Shown here one piece after another: positions 17,955 to 27,136 of a stretch of 62,595 bases of DNA (position 1 is the stretch's first letter; every line of letters starts with the position of its first letter). This DNA is from Clostridiales bacterium (GTDB taxonomy: Bacteria > Bacillota > Clostridia > Oscillospirales > CAG-382). The notes beneath the pieces were generated by a model. That model ran no database searches, was not told the origin of the DNA, and saw only the letters and a list, made by a program, of their open reading frames with translations. The translations under genes and the position numbers were made by a program. The stretch is taken from the NCBI GenBank assembly GCA_004553575.1, contig SFLA01000003.1, forward strand, positions 1 to 62,595, given 5' to 3'.

Positions 17955-18492
17955 AGCCGCGCTTATCGGCGTCGCGCTGTCAATGGACGCCGCCGCCGTT
18001 TCGGTCGCAAACGGCCTTGTCTGCAAAGGAACGAAAAAAAACGTTCTTATACTTGACCCTCTGTTGTTCGGGCTTTTTCAGGGAATAATGCCTCTTATCG
18101 GTTTTTATGCCGTTTCGCTGCTTCCCGTAAGTCTCGATAAATATTCCGGCATTATAATGTTTACGGTGTTTATGGCGCTGGGCGTCAAGATGCTGCTCGA
18201 TTTTTTCTTCGGCAACGGTACCGAGAAGGGGGACAAACCGCTCAGCGTAGGATTATTGTTGGTGCAGGCTGTTTCCACCTCGCTGGACGCGTTGTTTGTC
18301 GGAGCCGCTCTCGCGGCGGATGCCGGCACGGATATATGGCTTGCCGCGGCGATTATCGCCGCAGTCACCGCAGCGGTTTCGGCTTTGTGCCTGCTGGCGG
18401 GTAAGAAGTCCGGCGCACTGCTGAAAGATCGCGCCGGGTTGGTGGGGGGAGTGCTGATGCTGTTTATAGCCGTCGGCTCTCTGTTTGACTGA
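17941..18492 (+). CDS. mntP: manganese efflux pump MntP family (183 aa)
   Basis: Six-TM protein with duplicated SMDA/SLDA motifs (LSMDAAAVS, STSLDALFVG). Overlaps the upstream gene by 14 nt. Confidence 0.85.
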   Translation: MNLAEAALIGVALSMDAAAVSVANGLVCKGTKKNVLILDPLLFGLFQGIMPLIGFYAVSLLPVSLDKYSGIIMFTVFMALGVKMLLDFFFGNGTEKGDKPLSVGLLLVQAVSTSLDALFVGAALAADAGTDIWLAAAIIAAVTAAVSALCLLAGKKSGALLKDRAGLVGGVLMLFIAVGSLFD

Positions 18493-18508
18493 TATATACG
18501 GAATAAAA

Positions 18509-21500
18509 ATGTTAAAGCGTCTTTTATCTGTTGCGTTAATAACCGTCATGCTGTTCTCCGCATTAGCGGAGGGGGGCGGGACGGGTGCGGAGTTTTTTTC
18601 CGCTCTCGCACGGGATAGCGGCGCTTTTTCCCGTTATATTGCCGCGTTTTCCGACGGAACAGATCCGGAATCTCTGCTTTCGGGGGTAAAGCACCGCCTT
18701 ATATCTCCCGAAAGCGAGCGGGTGTATCTCGTCGAAACGGACGATATTTCCGCCTTATCCGCATACTGCTCGGGAATTGAGCCGGAGCTTGTTCGCGGCA
18801 CTCTGGCATCGGACCCGCTCGAGAAGGACCGGTGGGAAACCGCATACGCCGGGCTCGATACCGCCCGCGAGCTGTATTCCGGCAGCGCTTCGGTTGTAGT
18901 TGCGGTGCTCGATACGGGCGTCGAGCGCAATCACGAGGATCTTGCCGGCGCAAATATTCTGGAAGGCTTTGACGCTACCGCGGGGGTTGCCGGCGTGTAC
19001 GGGGATTCTACAGGTCACGGCACCGCCGTTATCGGCATTATCGCCGCGTCGGTAGGGAACGGAGTGGGAGTAGCCGGAATATGCGCCGATGTATCCGTAT
19101 ATCCGGTAAAGGTCGCGTCGGGGAGCGGAAGCATTTATTCGTCCGATCTGATAGCGGGAATATATGCCGCCGCCGATTACGGTGCGGATATAATAAACAT
19201 CTCTCTCGGCGGATATTCGTATTCCGTAGCCGAGCAAAACGCAATAGATTACGCGGTATCAAAGGGCTGCATCATTATTGCCGCCGCCGGAAACGACGGA
19301 GCGGATTCGGTTCTTGCGGGACGGTATTTTTATCCGGCTTCATACGAAGGTGTTATTTCGGTTGCGTCGGTAGGCCCCGACGGAAGCCCCTGCAGGTTTT
19401 CGCAGTACAACGATTCGGTCGATCTCGCCGCACCCGGATGCGATATAACCGTATGCGAATACAAAAACGGGGTTTCGTCGTACGGGACGGATTCCGGAAC
19501 CAGCTATTCCGCCGCCATTGTAAGCGGAATAGCCGCGCTCGCCTGCGGAATTTCAGGAGGACTCACATGTGACGAGTTCTTATGGCTCTGCATTTCGGAG
19601 CTCGGCGCCGAACACAACCGTTATACCGGTTACGGATCCGTAAGCGCTCCGGAAATACTGGTCGCCGCCTCCTCGCCCGTGGTATGCGGTGCAGCCGACG
19701 GCGGGACATATCCCGCTCCGCTTACCGTTGCCTTTTCACGCGGATCCGGATATCTCGACGGGTCTCCGTTCGCTTCGGGCGGTACGGTGACCGCAGTCGG
19801 TAAGCATACCCTTACCGTTATTGACGGCGACGATACGGTTTCGGTTTCCTTTACCGTTACCGGCGATATCCCGACATATACCGTCGGAACCGACAGTATC
19901 GTATTCACCTCCGGGACAGCCTTTCTGGACGGTATGCCGTATACGTCGGGCGATTATATTTATCCCGGAGTCCACTTTATAACGCTGACCTCCGAAAGCG
20001 GGCTTTCCGTATCGGATACCGTTTCGGTCGGAGGCAATCCGGTTTCGATTGTGGGAATAACCGACGGAGGGGTATATGACGGGGCGGTCACCCTTACCGT
20101 ATACGGCGACGGGTACTGCGTGCTTGACGGAACTTCGTTTACCGGGAGCACGGTAGTCTGGAAAAACGGATCGCATACTGCCGTGCTGTGCGACCCCTCC
20201 GGCGCCGAGATAAAGACGGTTACCTTTACCGTTAATTCCTCGGCGGAGCTGCTTTCCGGCTTCGGAGGCGTATCCGCCGTTTACCACGATACCGAAAACG
20301 GTTATATCGCGGTCACTGCTGCAGGAGTAAACGGAGTCGGTATATATTCCGATTCGGATCCGTCCTTCCGCATACGTTTTATAACCACACCGTCCGCCGT
20401 CACGGGATTCGGGTCGGACGGCACATACCTGTATTTCCTGATGTCCGGTTCTGCCTGCGCCGTACGGCGTTCCGACGCCTCTGGCTCCGCAGCTCCCGAG
20501 CTTATAACGGAGGTGTCCTACACCCCGGAGTATACCTTTTCCGGCGGAGCCGTGTATTCGGGCGGCGAAAAGCTTATCGATACCGGGCTCGGTGAATGTA
20601 TATGTGTTTCCGACGGTATGCTGTATACGACCCGGGCAGTAATAGACATGTCCGACGGGAGGGTAGCCGCCCTTTTCGGAACCGGCGTCGTTTCCGTTTC
20701 AGGCTGCTTCGCCGCGGTTTCCGGCGGAGGTCTGGTGCGGTTCTCGTCTCTGTACGATTTCGCGTCCGCTCCCTCGGACGGTATATTTGAGTCTGCGGCT
20801 GCGGAAAACGAGTATCGCTTTTCCGCACGGCTTACCGCCGCGGTGTCCGATTCTGCGTATGATCCCGTTACCGGCAGGGTGTTTCTGCTGTCCGATTCCG
20901 GCACGCTGTACGCGACCGATAAAAGCTTTATCTCCGAAACCGCGGTGCCGCTGCTGTATGTGCCGATAGCGGTAGCCTGCGGAGAGGGTAAAGCGGCGGT
21001 GTTCTTTGAATCCGGTTATTGCATTATCGACTGTATCACCCTTGCGGTCACATATCATACAGGTACCGCCGCTCCCGAAAAGGCGGTGGTCACCTCCTCG
21101 GGCGCGGCGTATATATCGGGCGGAAGCGTGTATTTTGCCGTCCCGGGCTCCGTTGTGTCGTATCCGGTGTCCGCACGGGGGATATGCACCGACGGCGAAA
21201 GGGTTTTCGTGTGCAATCAGTCGGGAACGGGGATATACGGCTCCGACGGAAGCTATATCGGAAGCATCGCCACCGTTGATTCCGCCGATATATTTACTGA
21301 CGGCACCTATCTGTGTGCGGGCGACTGTGTGTATCTTATCTCCGACGGAAGCGTGACCTGCCGTATCCCGTATACCGTTTACGGAATGACCTGCGGTCTT
21401 GTTTTCACCGACGGCGGTGTGTTCGCGTGCTCCGACGGCAGTACTGTGTCCGGATATGTTTCCGACGGAGTTTTCGCGGGAGGATATTGCCTTTCGGCAG

Positions 21501-23542
21501 ACGGCGGATACGTATCCGTAACCGGCTCGTCACATGCCGGCACCGTTCCGACAGTCGTCGGAGCAGACGGAGTTTACGATGTATCAACCTTCGTTTCATC
21601 GGATAAAGGCGTGCTTTTTATCGACGGTATGCGGTTTCCCGGCGGAGAATATTCCGGCGGAGGCAGCCATACTCTGCTTGCAGTAATGCCGTTCGGTGCC
21701 GTTTATTCCTATTCGTTTTCGGTTATTCCCGTGCTCACGGGTATAACCGTTTCCGGCGGCGACCGTAAGCTGCATGTCGGCGACGAGATATATATAAAGC
21801 TCGAGTATCTGCCTTTCGGGGCGTCAGCCGTTCCCGCGTCGTATTCCGCTTCGGGCTCCGCCGTTACCGTGTCGCCGTCGGGGCTTGTGTGCGCTGTGGC
21901 GGAGGGCGTTTCTACGGTTACCGTCTCCTCAGGCGGTTTTACCGCTTCGGTCACATATACGGTAACCACTGCCGAGCTGGCGTTTTCCGATGCTTCTTTT
22001 GCCGCAGATAAGCTTACAGGCACAGTAACCGTTCCGTCCGGAACCGCGGTATCCGCACTCGAAGCGGCGGCGCTTACCGGCGGCGCAAGGTTTGGAGCAG
22101 TCGATTCTGACGGAGGACGCCTCGCCCCGCATGCTTATGTCTCGACCGGCGACCGCGCCGTGCTTTACTCCACTGCAGATTCCGAAATAGCATCGCTTAC
22201 CGTTATCGTTAAGGGCGACCTTGACTGTGACGGCTTTGTCACCGCTTCCGATTACCGTCTGCTTTCCGATGTCCTTAAGGGTAATATCACCGACCGCAGT
22301 ATACTGCTTGCAGCCGACTGCGACGGCAACGGCAGGACGGACGATTCCGATTATCCCGCGCTCGAATCGCTTATACTCGGTTTCGGTGTAATCCCTCCGA
22401 TGAACGATGAATACTGCATAAGCGTATCGACGTCGGCGAATGTATATGTCGGAGATACGCTTGCGGTGGTATTATACAGCGAGAATTCGTACGATATGGA
22501 TTCAGCTTCGGTCGCGCTTTCCTACGACCCGGAGCAGCTTGAACTGATATCGGTATCCGGCATATCTTATTCGGTGCTCTGGACGGATGCGGACGGAGAA
22601 CTCGTAATATCCGCCTTCGACCCGGACGGAAATGCCGCGGGCAGAAAGATCAGATCTTTCGCCAAGGTTGTTTTCCGCGTAAGAGAAACGGTTGAACAGG
22701 GCGATACGGTGGAAATAACACCATTTGCCGGGTATATAACCGGGAGCAGCGGAATTTACGGCGCACGCGTTTGCGGCTCGTCCTCGTATGCGTCGGTCAG
22801 AAGCGCGGAATCCTTTGTAATCTGCATAAATAACGCAGAGTATTTTATCTTTAATCCGGCAATACACAGTTATAACGTAACCGTGCCGTATACCGCCGTA
22901 GCGCTCGATATCGAATTCGATTACCCTTACGGGGGAAGCGTTACCTGCAGCGATACCGATATCCCCGATACCGATTCGCTTACCGTTACGGTTACCTATG
23001 TTTCGCCCGAGGGTGTTACCGATGTATACCGTATACACGTAATCCGTGCAGCCGAGCCGGCGGGCGACAGTGAATCGCGCATCGGGTCGCTTACGGCGAG
23101 CGTCGGATGTCTTAATCCGGACTTCACCCCCGAGAGGTTAACCTACACCCTCAGCCTCGCATGGGACGACCCCGACCCCGAATTCTTCGCATCTGCGGTG
23201 AGCGGATATGCCGAAATCACTGCGGATATTCCGATCTCCTTCCCGGTCGGCACCGGTATCGTTACATTCACCTGTACCGCTCAGGACGGCACGGTCACCG
23301 TTTATACCGTTAAGGTAATACGTGCTCCCGCCCCGGATCCGTCTGCGGAAGATTCCGGCTCCGAAAGCAGCGAGGACCTGTCCGTCCGGAACGGGTGGAT
23401 AATACCGGCAGCGGTTTTGTCAGCATTTATTGCCGTCGCGGCGGCAGTTGTTATAATTATTCTCAAACGCCGAAAGGAAAAACAAGATGTCAAAGAAAAT
23501 CACTACGAAAAACGAGATAATGAACGCCCGGCGCAAGGCTGA
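18509..23542 (+). CDS. cell-surface S8 (subtilisin-like) serine protease with beta-propeller-like region, Big_2, dockerin, cohesin, two cadherin-like domains and C-terminal TM anchor (about 1677 aa)
   Basis: Catalytic triad blocks VAVLDTGV, HGTAVIG and GTSYSAAIVSG. Dockerin loops are DLDCDGFVTASD and DCDGNGRTDDSD (about 22211-22385). A cohesin-like segment spans about 22400-22790. The C-terminal TM is followed by KRRKEK. I chose the start at MLKRLL (18509), after the mntP stop. Confidence 0.85.
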   Translation: MLKRLLSVALITVMLFSALAEGGGTGAEFFSALARDSGAFSRYIAAFSDGTDPESLLSGVKHRLISPESERVYLVETDDISALSAYCSGIEPELVRGTLASDPLEKDRWETAYAGLDTARELYSGSASVVVAVLDTGVERNHEDLAGANILEGFDATAGVAGVYGDSTGHGTAVIGIIAASVGNGVGVAGICADVSVYPVKVASGSGSIYSSDLIAGIYAAADYGADIINISLGGYSYSVAEQNAIDYAVSKGCIIIAAAGNDGADSVLAGRYFYPASYEGVISVASVGPDGSPCRFSQYNDSVDLAAPGCDITVCEYKNGVSSYGTDSGTSYSAAIVSGIAALACGISGGLTCDEFLWLCISELGAEHNRYTGYGSVSAPEILVAASSPVVCGAADGGTYPAPLTVAFSRGSGYLDGSPFASGGTVTAVGKHTLTVIDGDDTVSVSFTVTGDIPTYTVGTDSIVFTSGTAFLDGMPYTSGDYIYPGVHFITLTSESGLSVSDTVSVGGNPVSIVGITDGGVYDGAVTLTVYGDGYCVLDGTSFTGSTVVWKNGSHTAVLCDPSGAEIKTVTFTVNSSAELLSGFGGVSAVYHDTENGYIAVTAAGVNGVGIYSDSDPSFRIRFITTPSAVTGFGSDGTYLYFLMSGSACAVRRSDASGSAAPELITEVSYTPEYTFSGGAVYSGGEKLIDTGLGECICVSDGMLYTTRAVIDMSDGRVAALFGTGVVSVSGCFAAVSGGGLVRFSSLYDFASAPSDGIFESAAAENEYRFSARLTAAVSDSAYDPVTGRVFLLSDSGTLYATDKSFISETAVPLLYVPIAVACGEGKAAVFFESGYCIIDCITLAVTYHTGTAAPEKAVVTSSGAAYISGGSVYFAVPGSVVSYPVSARGICTDGERVFVCNQSGTGIYGSDGSYIGSIATVDSADIFTDGTYLCAGDCVYLISDGSVTCRIPYTVYGMTCGLVFTDGGVFACSDGSTVSGYVSDGVFAGGYCLSADGGYVSVTGSSHAGTVPTVVGADGVYDVSTFVSSDKGVLFIDGMRFPGGEYSGGGSHTLLAVMPFGAVYSYSFSVIPVLTGITVSGGDRKLHVGDEIYIKLEYLPFGASAVPASYSASGSAVTVSPSGLVCAVAEGVSTVTVSSGGFTASVTYTVTTAELAFSDASFAADKLTGTVTVPSGTAVSALEAAALTGGARFGAVDSDGGRLAPHAYVSTGDRAVLYSTADSEIASLTVIVKGDLDCDGFVTASDYRLLSDVLKGNITDRSILLAADCDGNGRTDDSDYPALESLILGFGVIPPMNDEYCISVSTSANVYVGDTLAVVLYSENSYDMDSASVALSYDPEQLELISVSGISYSVLWTDADGELVISAFDPDGNAAGRKIRSFAKVVFRVRETVEQGDTVEITPFAGYITGSSGIYGARVCGSSSYASVRSAESFVICINNAEYFIFNPAIHSYNVTVPYTAVALDIEFDYPYGGSVTCSDTDIPDTDSLTVTVTYVSPEGVTDVYRIHVIRAAEPAGDSESRIGSLTASVGCLNPDFTPERLTYTLSLAWDDPDPEFFASAVSGYAEITADIPISFPVGTGIVTFTCTAQDGTVTVYTVKVIRAPAPDPSAEDSGSESSEDLSVRNGWIIPAAVLSAFIAVAAAVVIIILKRRKEKQDVKENHYEKRDNERPAQG

Positions 23543-24956
23543 GCGCCGGGAAAAGCAGAGAAGGGACCGTCGGCTCGCCGCACTCAAAAAGGCGGCAATA
23601 ATCCTGGGTATTATCGTTGCCGCCGTTCTTGCGGTGCTGCTTGTTGCCAATCTCGTTATCGATTCCGGGATATTGCTCCGTTCTTATGTCCTTAAGAGCG
23701 AAAACTTCACCTTCACCCGCGCAATGATGAGCTATTGTATATACTATCAGTACGAATCCTTCCTCTCTTATTACGGCGATTACGTACAGCAGTATACCGG
23801 GCTTGACCCAACCGGATCACTTAAGACCCAGTACAAGGATTCGAAGGAAGGTATAACCTGGTTCAGATACTTTGCCGATACCGCGCTCGACAGCGCTTCG
23901 GATTCCATGTATCTGTGCGAAGCGGCGCATTCCGCCGGTTACGATCTCAGCGATTCCCGTAAGCAGTCGCTCCGCAGGCTCGCCGAGAAAGCCGACACTT
24001 CGCTTTACGGCAGGGGAGTAACTGCCGACGATATTTACGATGCGCTTTATATTCAGTGCCTGGCTACCGAATATGACGCATACCTGTACGATACACTCGG
24101 CCCCGACGGCGATCAGATACGTGATTATTACAAAAAATATCCCACCGCCTGCCAGTCCGTCGATTATTATTCGTATTCGATAAAGTATACCGACGATACC
24201 GCAGACGAATGCAAAAAGGCTGCCGACCTTATTGCGGACGCTGCCGACCCCGAATCGTTCAAGTGCGCGATTATGGAATACTATACCGACAAAGAGTATA
24301 CCGAGATTGACGAGGACGACGAGGTCGCCTCCGAGGTACTCGGAAGTATCGAGAAGACCTGTGTTTCATATGACGACGCCGATCTTCAGAGTTGGATGTT
24401 CACCAAAGCGGATCTGTACGATACCTATGTGTACGACAACACCTCCGAACGCCGGTATACCGTTTATATGCTTACCGCCGAGCCGTATCTCGACGAACAG
24501 AAGACGGTTGACGTGCGCCATATACTCATTCTTTCCTCCGATTACGACACCGACGAAGCGTGCAGGGCAGAGGCCGAGCGTATACTCCGGCTTTTCCTGG
24601 ACGGCGACGCTTCCGAGGAGGCTTTTGCCTGCCTTGCGGCTGAATATTCACGCGATCCCGGTTCCGCTTTCCTCGGCGGCTTGTACAGGCGAGTCGCCCG
24701 GGGCGACATGACCGAGGCCTTCGATGATTGGTGTTTCGATTCCGCCCGTACCTCAGGCGAAACCGATATTATAAAAACCGACTACGGATATCACGTTATG
24801 TATTATGTCGGAGATAACATCGAAAACTGGGAAATGGATTATTTCACCGATGTCGCCGGGGAGGCAATGAACGATCTGTATATTGCTTATTCCTCAAAGT
24901 ACGATATATCCGAGAACTCATCCCGCGTGTATTCTATCCCCGAGCGCAAGCGCTGA
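23487..24956 (+). CDS. membrane-anchored PpiC/parvulin-type peptidyl-prolyl isomerase (PrsA-like foldase, 489 aa)
   Basis: N-terminal TM anchor. Parvulin block is VDVRHILI...AAEYSRDPGSAFLGGLY...DDWCF...IIKTDYGYHVMYY. Overlaps the protease gene by 56 nt. Confidence 0.8.
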   Translation: MSKKITTKNEIMNARRKAERREKQRRDRRLAALKKAAIILGIIVAAVLAVLLVANLVIDSGILLRSYVLKSENFTFTRAMMSYCIYYQYESFLSYYGDYVQQYTGLDPTGSLKTQYKDSKEGITWFRYFADTALDSASDSMYLCEAAHSAGYDLSDSRKQSLRRLAEKADTSLYGRGVTADDIYDALYIQCLATEYDAYLYDTLGPDGDQIRDYYKKYPTACQSVDYYSYSIKYTDDTADECKKAADLIADAADPESFKCAIMEYYTDKEYTEIDEDDEVASEVLGSIEKTCVSYDDADLQSWMFTKADLYDTYVYDNTSERRYTVYMLTAEPYLDEQKTVDVRHILILSSDYDTDEACRAEAERILRLFLDGDASEEAFACLAAEYSRDPGSAFLGGLYRRVARGDMTEAFDDWCFDSARTSGETDIIKTDYGYHVMYYVGDNIENWEMDYFTDVAGEAMNDLYIAYSSKYDISENSSRVYSIPERKR

Positions 24957-25026
24957 CGGATTGTCCGGACGGTTCGGTGATACCTGCCGCCGCAAACACA
25001 CTGTCCGCACTTCATCGGTACTTACA

Positions 25027-25060
25027 AAAGCCGCCGCATTTCCGGCGGCTTTTGCTTCTT
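25027..25060 (+). terminator. rho-independent terminator
   Basis: gccgccg / cggcggc stem followed by ttttgcttctttt. Confidence 0.6.
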
Positions 25061-25204
25061 TTCAGTGCGTTCATTTGCCGGTATCCGCAAAAAAAAGCGG
25101 CGCTTTACGGTTCCGGGCAGGTCCGTGCAAATATGCGTTATATATGCAATGAATACCCGCGTTCCTTGTATTGCGCAACTTCAGAACCGTTATGCCTGTA
25201 ATAC

Positions 25205-25250
25205 AAATCGCTCCCCGCGGTGTCCTTTGATACAGCGGGGAGCGGATTTT
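25205..25250 (-). terminator. hairpin terminator of the 27715-25266 operon (bidirectional shape)
   Basis: cgctccccgc / gcggggagcg stem flanked by T/A-rich runs. Confidence 0.55.
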
Positions 25251-25265
25251 GTTTGTAAATTCGGA

Positions 25266-25799
25266 TTACTTAATTATCTTATCGACAATATCGCCGATAT
25301 ACTCGCCGATAAACGGGAGCGGCTTTTTCTTGCCGGTAGCGGCGTTAACTATACCGATAACGGCAAAAACGAATATGGCCACACCAATGATAGACAGCAG
25401 AGCGGTTATCGGCCACGGAGTAACCCTTTCGGTAAAATTGATACCGAAAAACGGGTCGGTATAGATTTTATTAACCTTTATGAGGTTAAGCAGAAAGCTG
25501 AGTATGCTGTAAGCCACGTCGATGGCGAACAGACCTAAACCCTGCTTTGCGTGGAACTGAGCAAACGGTGAATCCTTCTTTGCCAGCAGCGGTATAAAGC
25601 AGAGCGGACCGATATATCCGAGTACAGCCATTCCCTTGTTGGATGCTATATCGGCGTCTTCGGTGGGTGCAGCCTGGGGCCGGGGTTCGGAATCGGGAGC
25701 GGGCTGTGCCTGAACGGGAGCGTTTACCGCAGCGCCGCAGCCGGGACAGAATTTTGCACCGTCGCTGATTTCGGTGCCGCATTTTGAACAGAATGCCAT
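25266..25799 (-). CDS. zinc-ribbon membrane protein with DUF4870-like TM domain (177 aa)
   Basis: N-terminal MAFCSKCGTEISDGAKFCPGCG zinc ribbon and a proline-rich linker. YIGPLCFIPLL...FHAKQGL resembles DUF4870. Confidence 0.6.
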   Translation of the reverse strand: MAFCSKCGTEISDGAKFCPGCGAAVNAPVQAQPAPDSEPRPQAAPTEDADIASNKGMAVLGYIGPLCFIPLLAKKDSPFAQFHAKQGLGLFAIDVAYSILSFLLNLIKVNKIYTDPFFGINFTERVTPWPITALLSIIGVAIFVFAVIGIVNAATGKKKPLPFIGEYIGDIVDKIIK

Positions 25800-25830
25800 A
25801 AATATTTCCTCCGTTTATGTTGTGTGTAAA

Positions 25831-26406
25831 TCAGATATGAGGCACAAAATGCCTTATGATTTCCTGAAAGAAACTGTCGAAGTTATTGCCGGTTGCAAGA
25901 ATTATTGCGCCGACGACAATAACGAACAGAAGCGTTATACCTAATATAATCAGCGAGGTTATCAGCAGACTGCGGCAGTAATAGGTCTTCTGCAGCTTTT
26001 TGCATCCGCCGCACGCCCATACAATAAGCAGTATGAAGCCGACCACCGGTATTGCGAGCAGGCAGTTTATTCCTACGAATCCGAGGCTCGAAATAAGCGC
26101 TTTTTTGGGGTCCTCAGCCGGTTGAGCGGCATCGGCGGGACCGGGCGCAGGCTCAGGCTGCGGCTTTGGCTGCGGCGCCGTTACGGGTGCAGACTCGGGT
26201 TCGGGAGCGGGCTCGGGCTTGAATTCAGGCTCGGGCTCGGGGATGGGATCAGACTGGGATATAAACTCCGGTACAGCCTCCGGCTTCGGCTCTGCTGCGG
26301 GCTCGGGCGCAGCTGCGGGCTCTGTTTCGGGTATCGCAAAGCCGCATTCGGTGCAGAACTTTGTTCCGTCCGAAAGCTGCTTTCCGCATTGGGTACAGAA
26401 TGCCAT
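25831..26406 (-). CDS. zinc-ribbon membrane protein with long Pro/Glu-rich linker (191 aa)
   Basis: N-terminal MAFCTQCGKQLSDGTKFCTECG, about 80 aa of PE/PEP repeats, three predicted TM helices and a CGGCKK motif. Confidence 0.6.
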   Translation of the reverse strand: MAFCTQCGKQLSDGTKFCTECGFAIPETEPAAAPEPAAEPKPEAVPEFISQSDPIPEPEPEFKPEPAPEPESAPVTAPQPKPQPEPAPGPADAAQPAEDPKKALISSLGFVGINCLLAIPVVGFILLIVWACGGCKKLQKTYYCRSLLITSLIILGITLLFVIVVGAIILATGNNFDSFFQEIIRHFVPHI

Positions 26407-26431
26407 TTTATTATCCTCCTATTTAATAAAT

Positions 26432-27082
26432 CTACTTGTTTATCGCTACGGTGAGCATCGAAAGCGAATATACTATCGAAATATCGTTTCCGGATTCGTC
26501 GGTGCCCTCAAGTATGTATACGCCGAGTACGGTATCGACACTGCCCGAAACACCGTACACCTCTTTGAAATCGTTGATATATTCCGTAGCTTCCTCCTCC
26601 GTCACCGATGTATACACGGCAGTGAAGGAATCACGGCTCACGCTCCAGGTGGTCAGCGTTCCGAATTCCGGCATTTCGTATTCGTCCGTAAAACCGTTGG
26701 CGGGTATTTCTCCGCCGATTCCGTTCAATCCGGCATCATTACCGTTTACCGTCCAGGTGCCGTTGTGATTCATTATGGTCTGGTTTCCCTCGGAATCGGT
26801 AAACACGGCGGTTCCGTCCTCCGAAACAGATACCTCGTAACCGTTCTCGGCCGCGGACGAGCATATCTGGTTAAGCTGTTCGTCGGTAAGATCGGCAAGA
26901 CCGGTAAGATCTGTCAGCAGGCCTTCAATTCCCGCGGGAATGCCGTTTCCCTCGGATATTTCGCCGATAATCCCGGCAACGTCGTCGGTATCAATCATGT
27001 CGGTAATGCCGTTAATGTCTATACAGGCGCATAAAGCCGCGGCGACCGTCATGGCAATCAGTATTGTGCAGATTCGTTTCAT
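26432..27082 (-). CDS. lipoprotein of unknown function (216 aa)
   Basis: Signal peptide with lipobox (AAALCAC); acidic mature part. Confidence 0.55.
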   Translation of the reverse strand: MKRICTILIAMTVAAALCACIDINGITDMIDTDDVAGIIGEISEGNGIPAGIEGLLTDLTGLADLTDEQLNQICSSAAENGYEVSVSEDGTAVFTDSEGNQTIMNHNGTWTVNGNDAGLNGIGGEIPANGFTDEYEMPEFGTLTTWSVSRDSFTAVYTSVTEEEATEYINDFKEVYGVSGSVDTVLGVYILEGTDESGNDISIVYSLSMLTVAINK

Positions 27083-27136
27083 AAATACGGGTTTCTCCTT
27101 GATTTAAGGGGTAATCGGTTCCGAGCGGAGGTAAAC

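Noticed and set aside
18485-18508. Upstream ATG (MTDIYGIK) for the S8 protease
   Set aside because: It overlaps the mntP stop. The signal-peptide-like sequence begins at the ATG at 18509 (MLKRLLSVALITVMLF). The longer form would bury the n-region.
24957-25265. 309-nt intergenic region with short inverted repeats (TTGTATT...AATACAA, TTGCGCAA); considered as an ncRNA or mobile-element scar
   Set aside because: Only the two flanking terminators are convincing. The remaining repeats are short, with no promoter-like elements or conserved riboswitch motifs that I can recognise.
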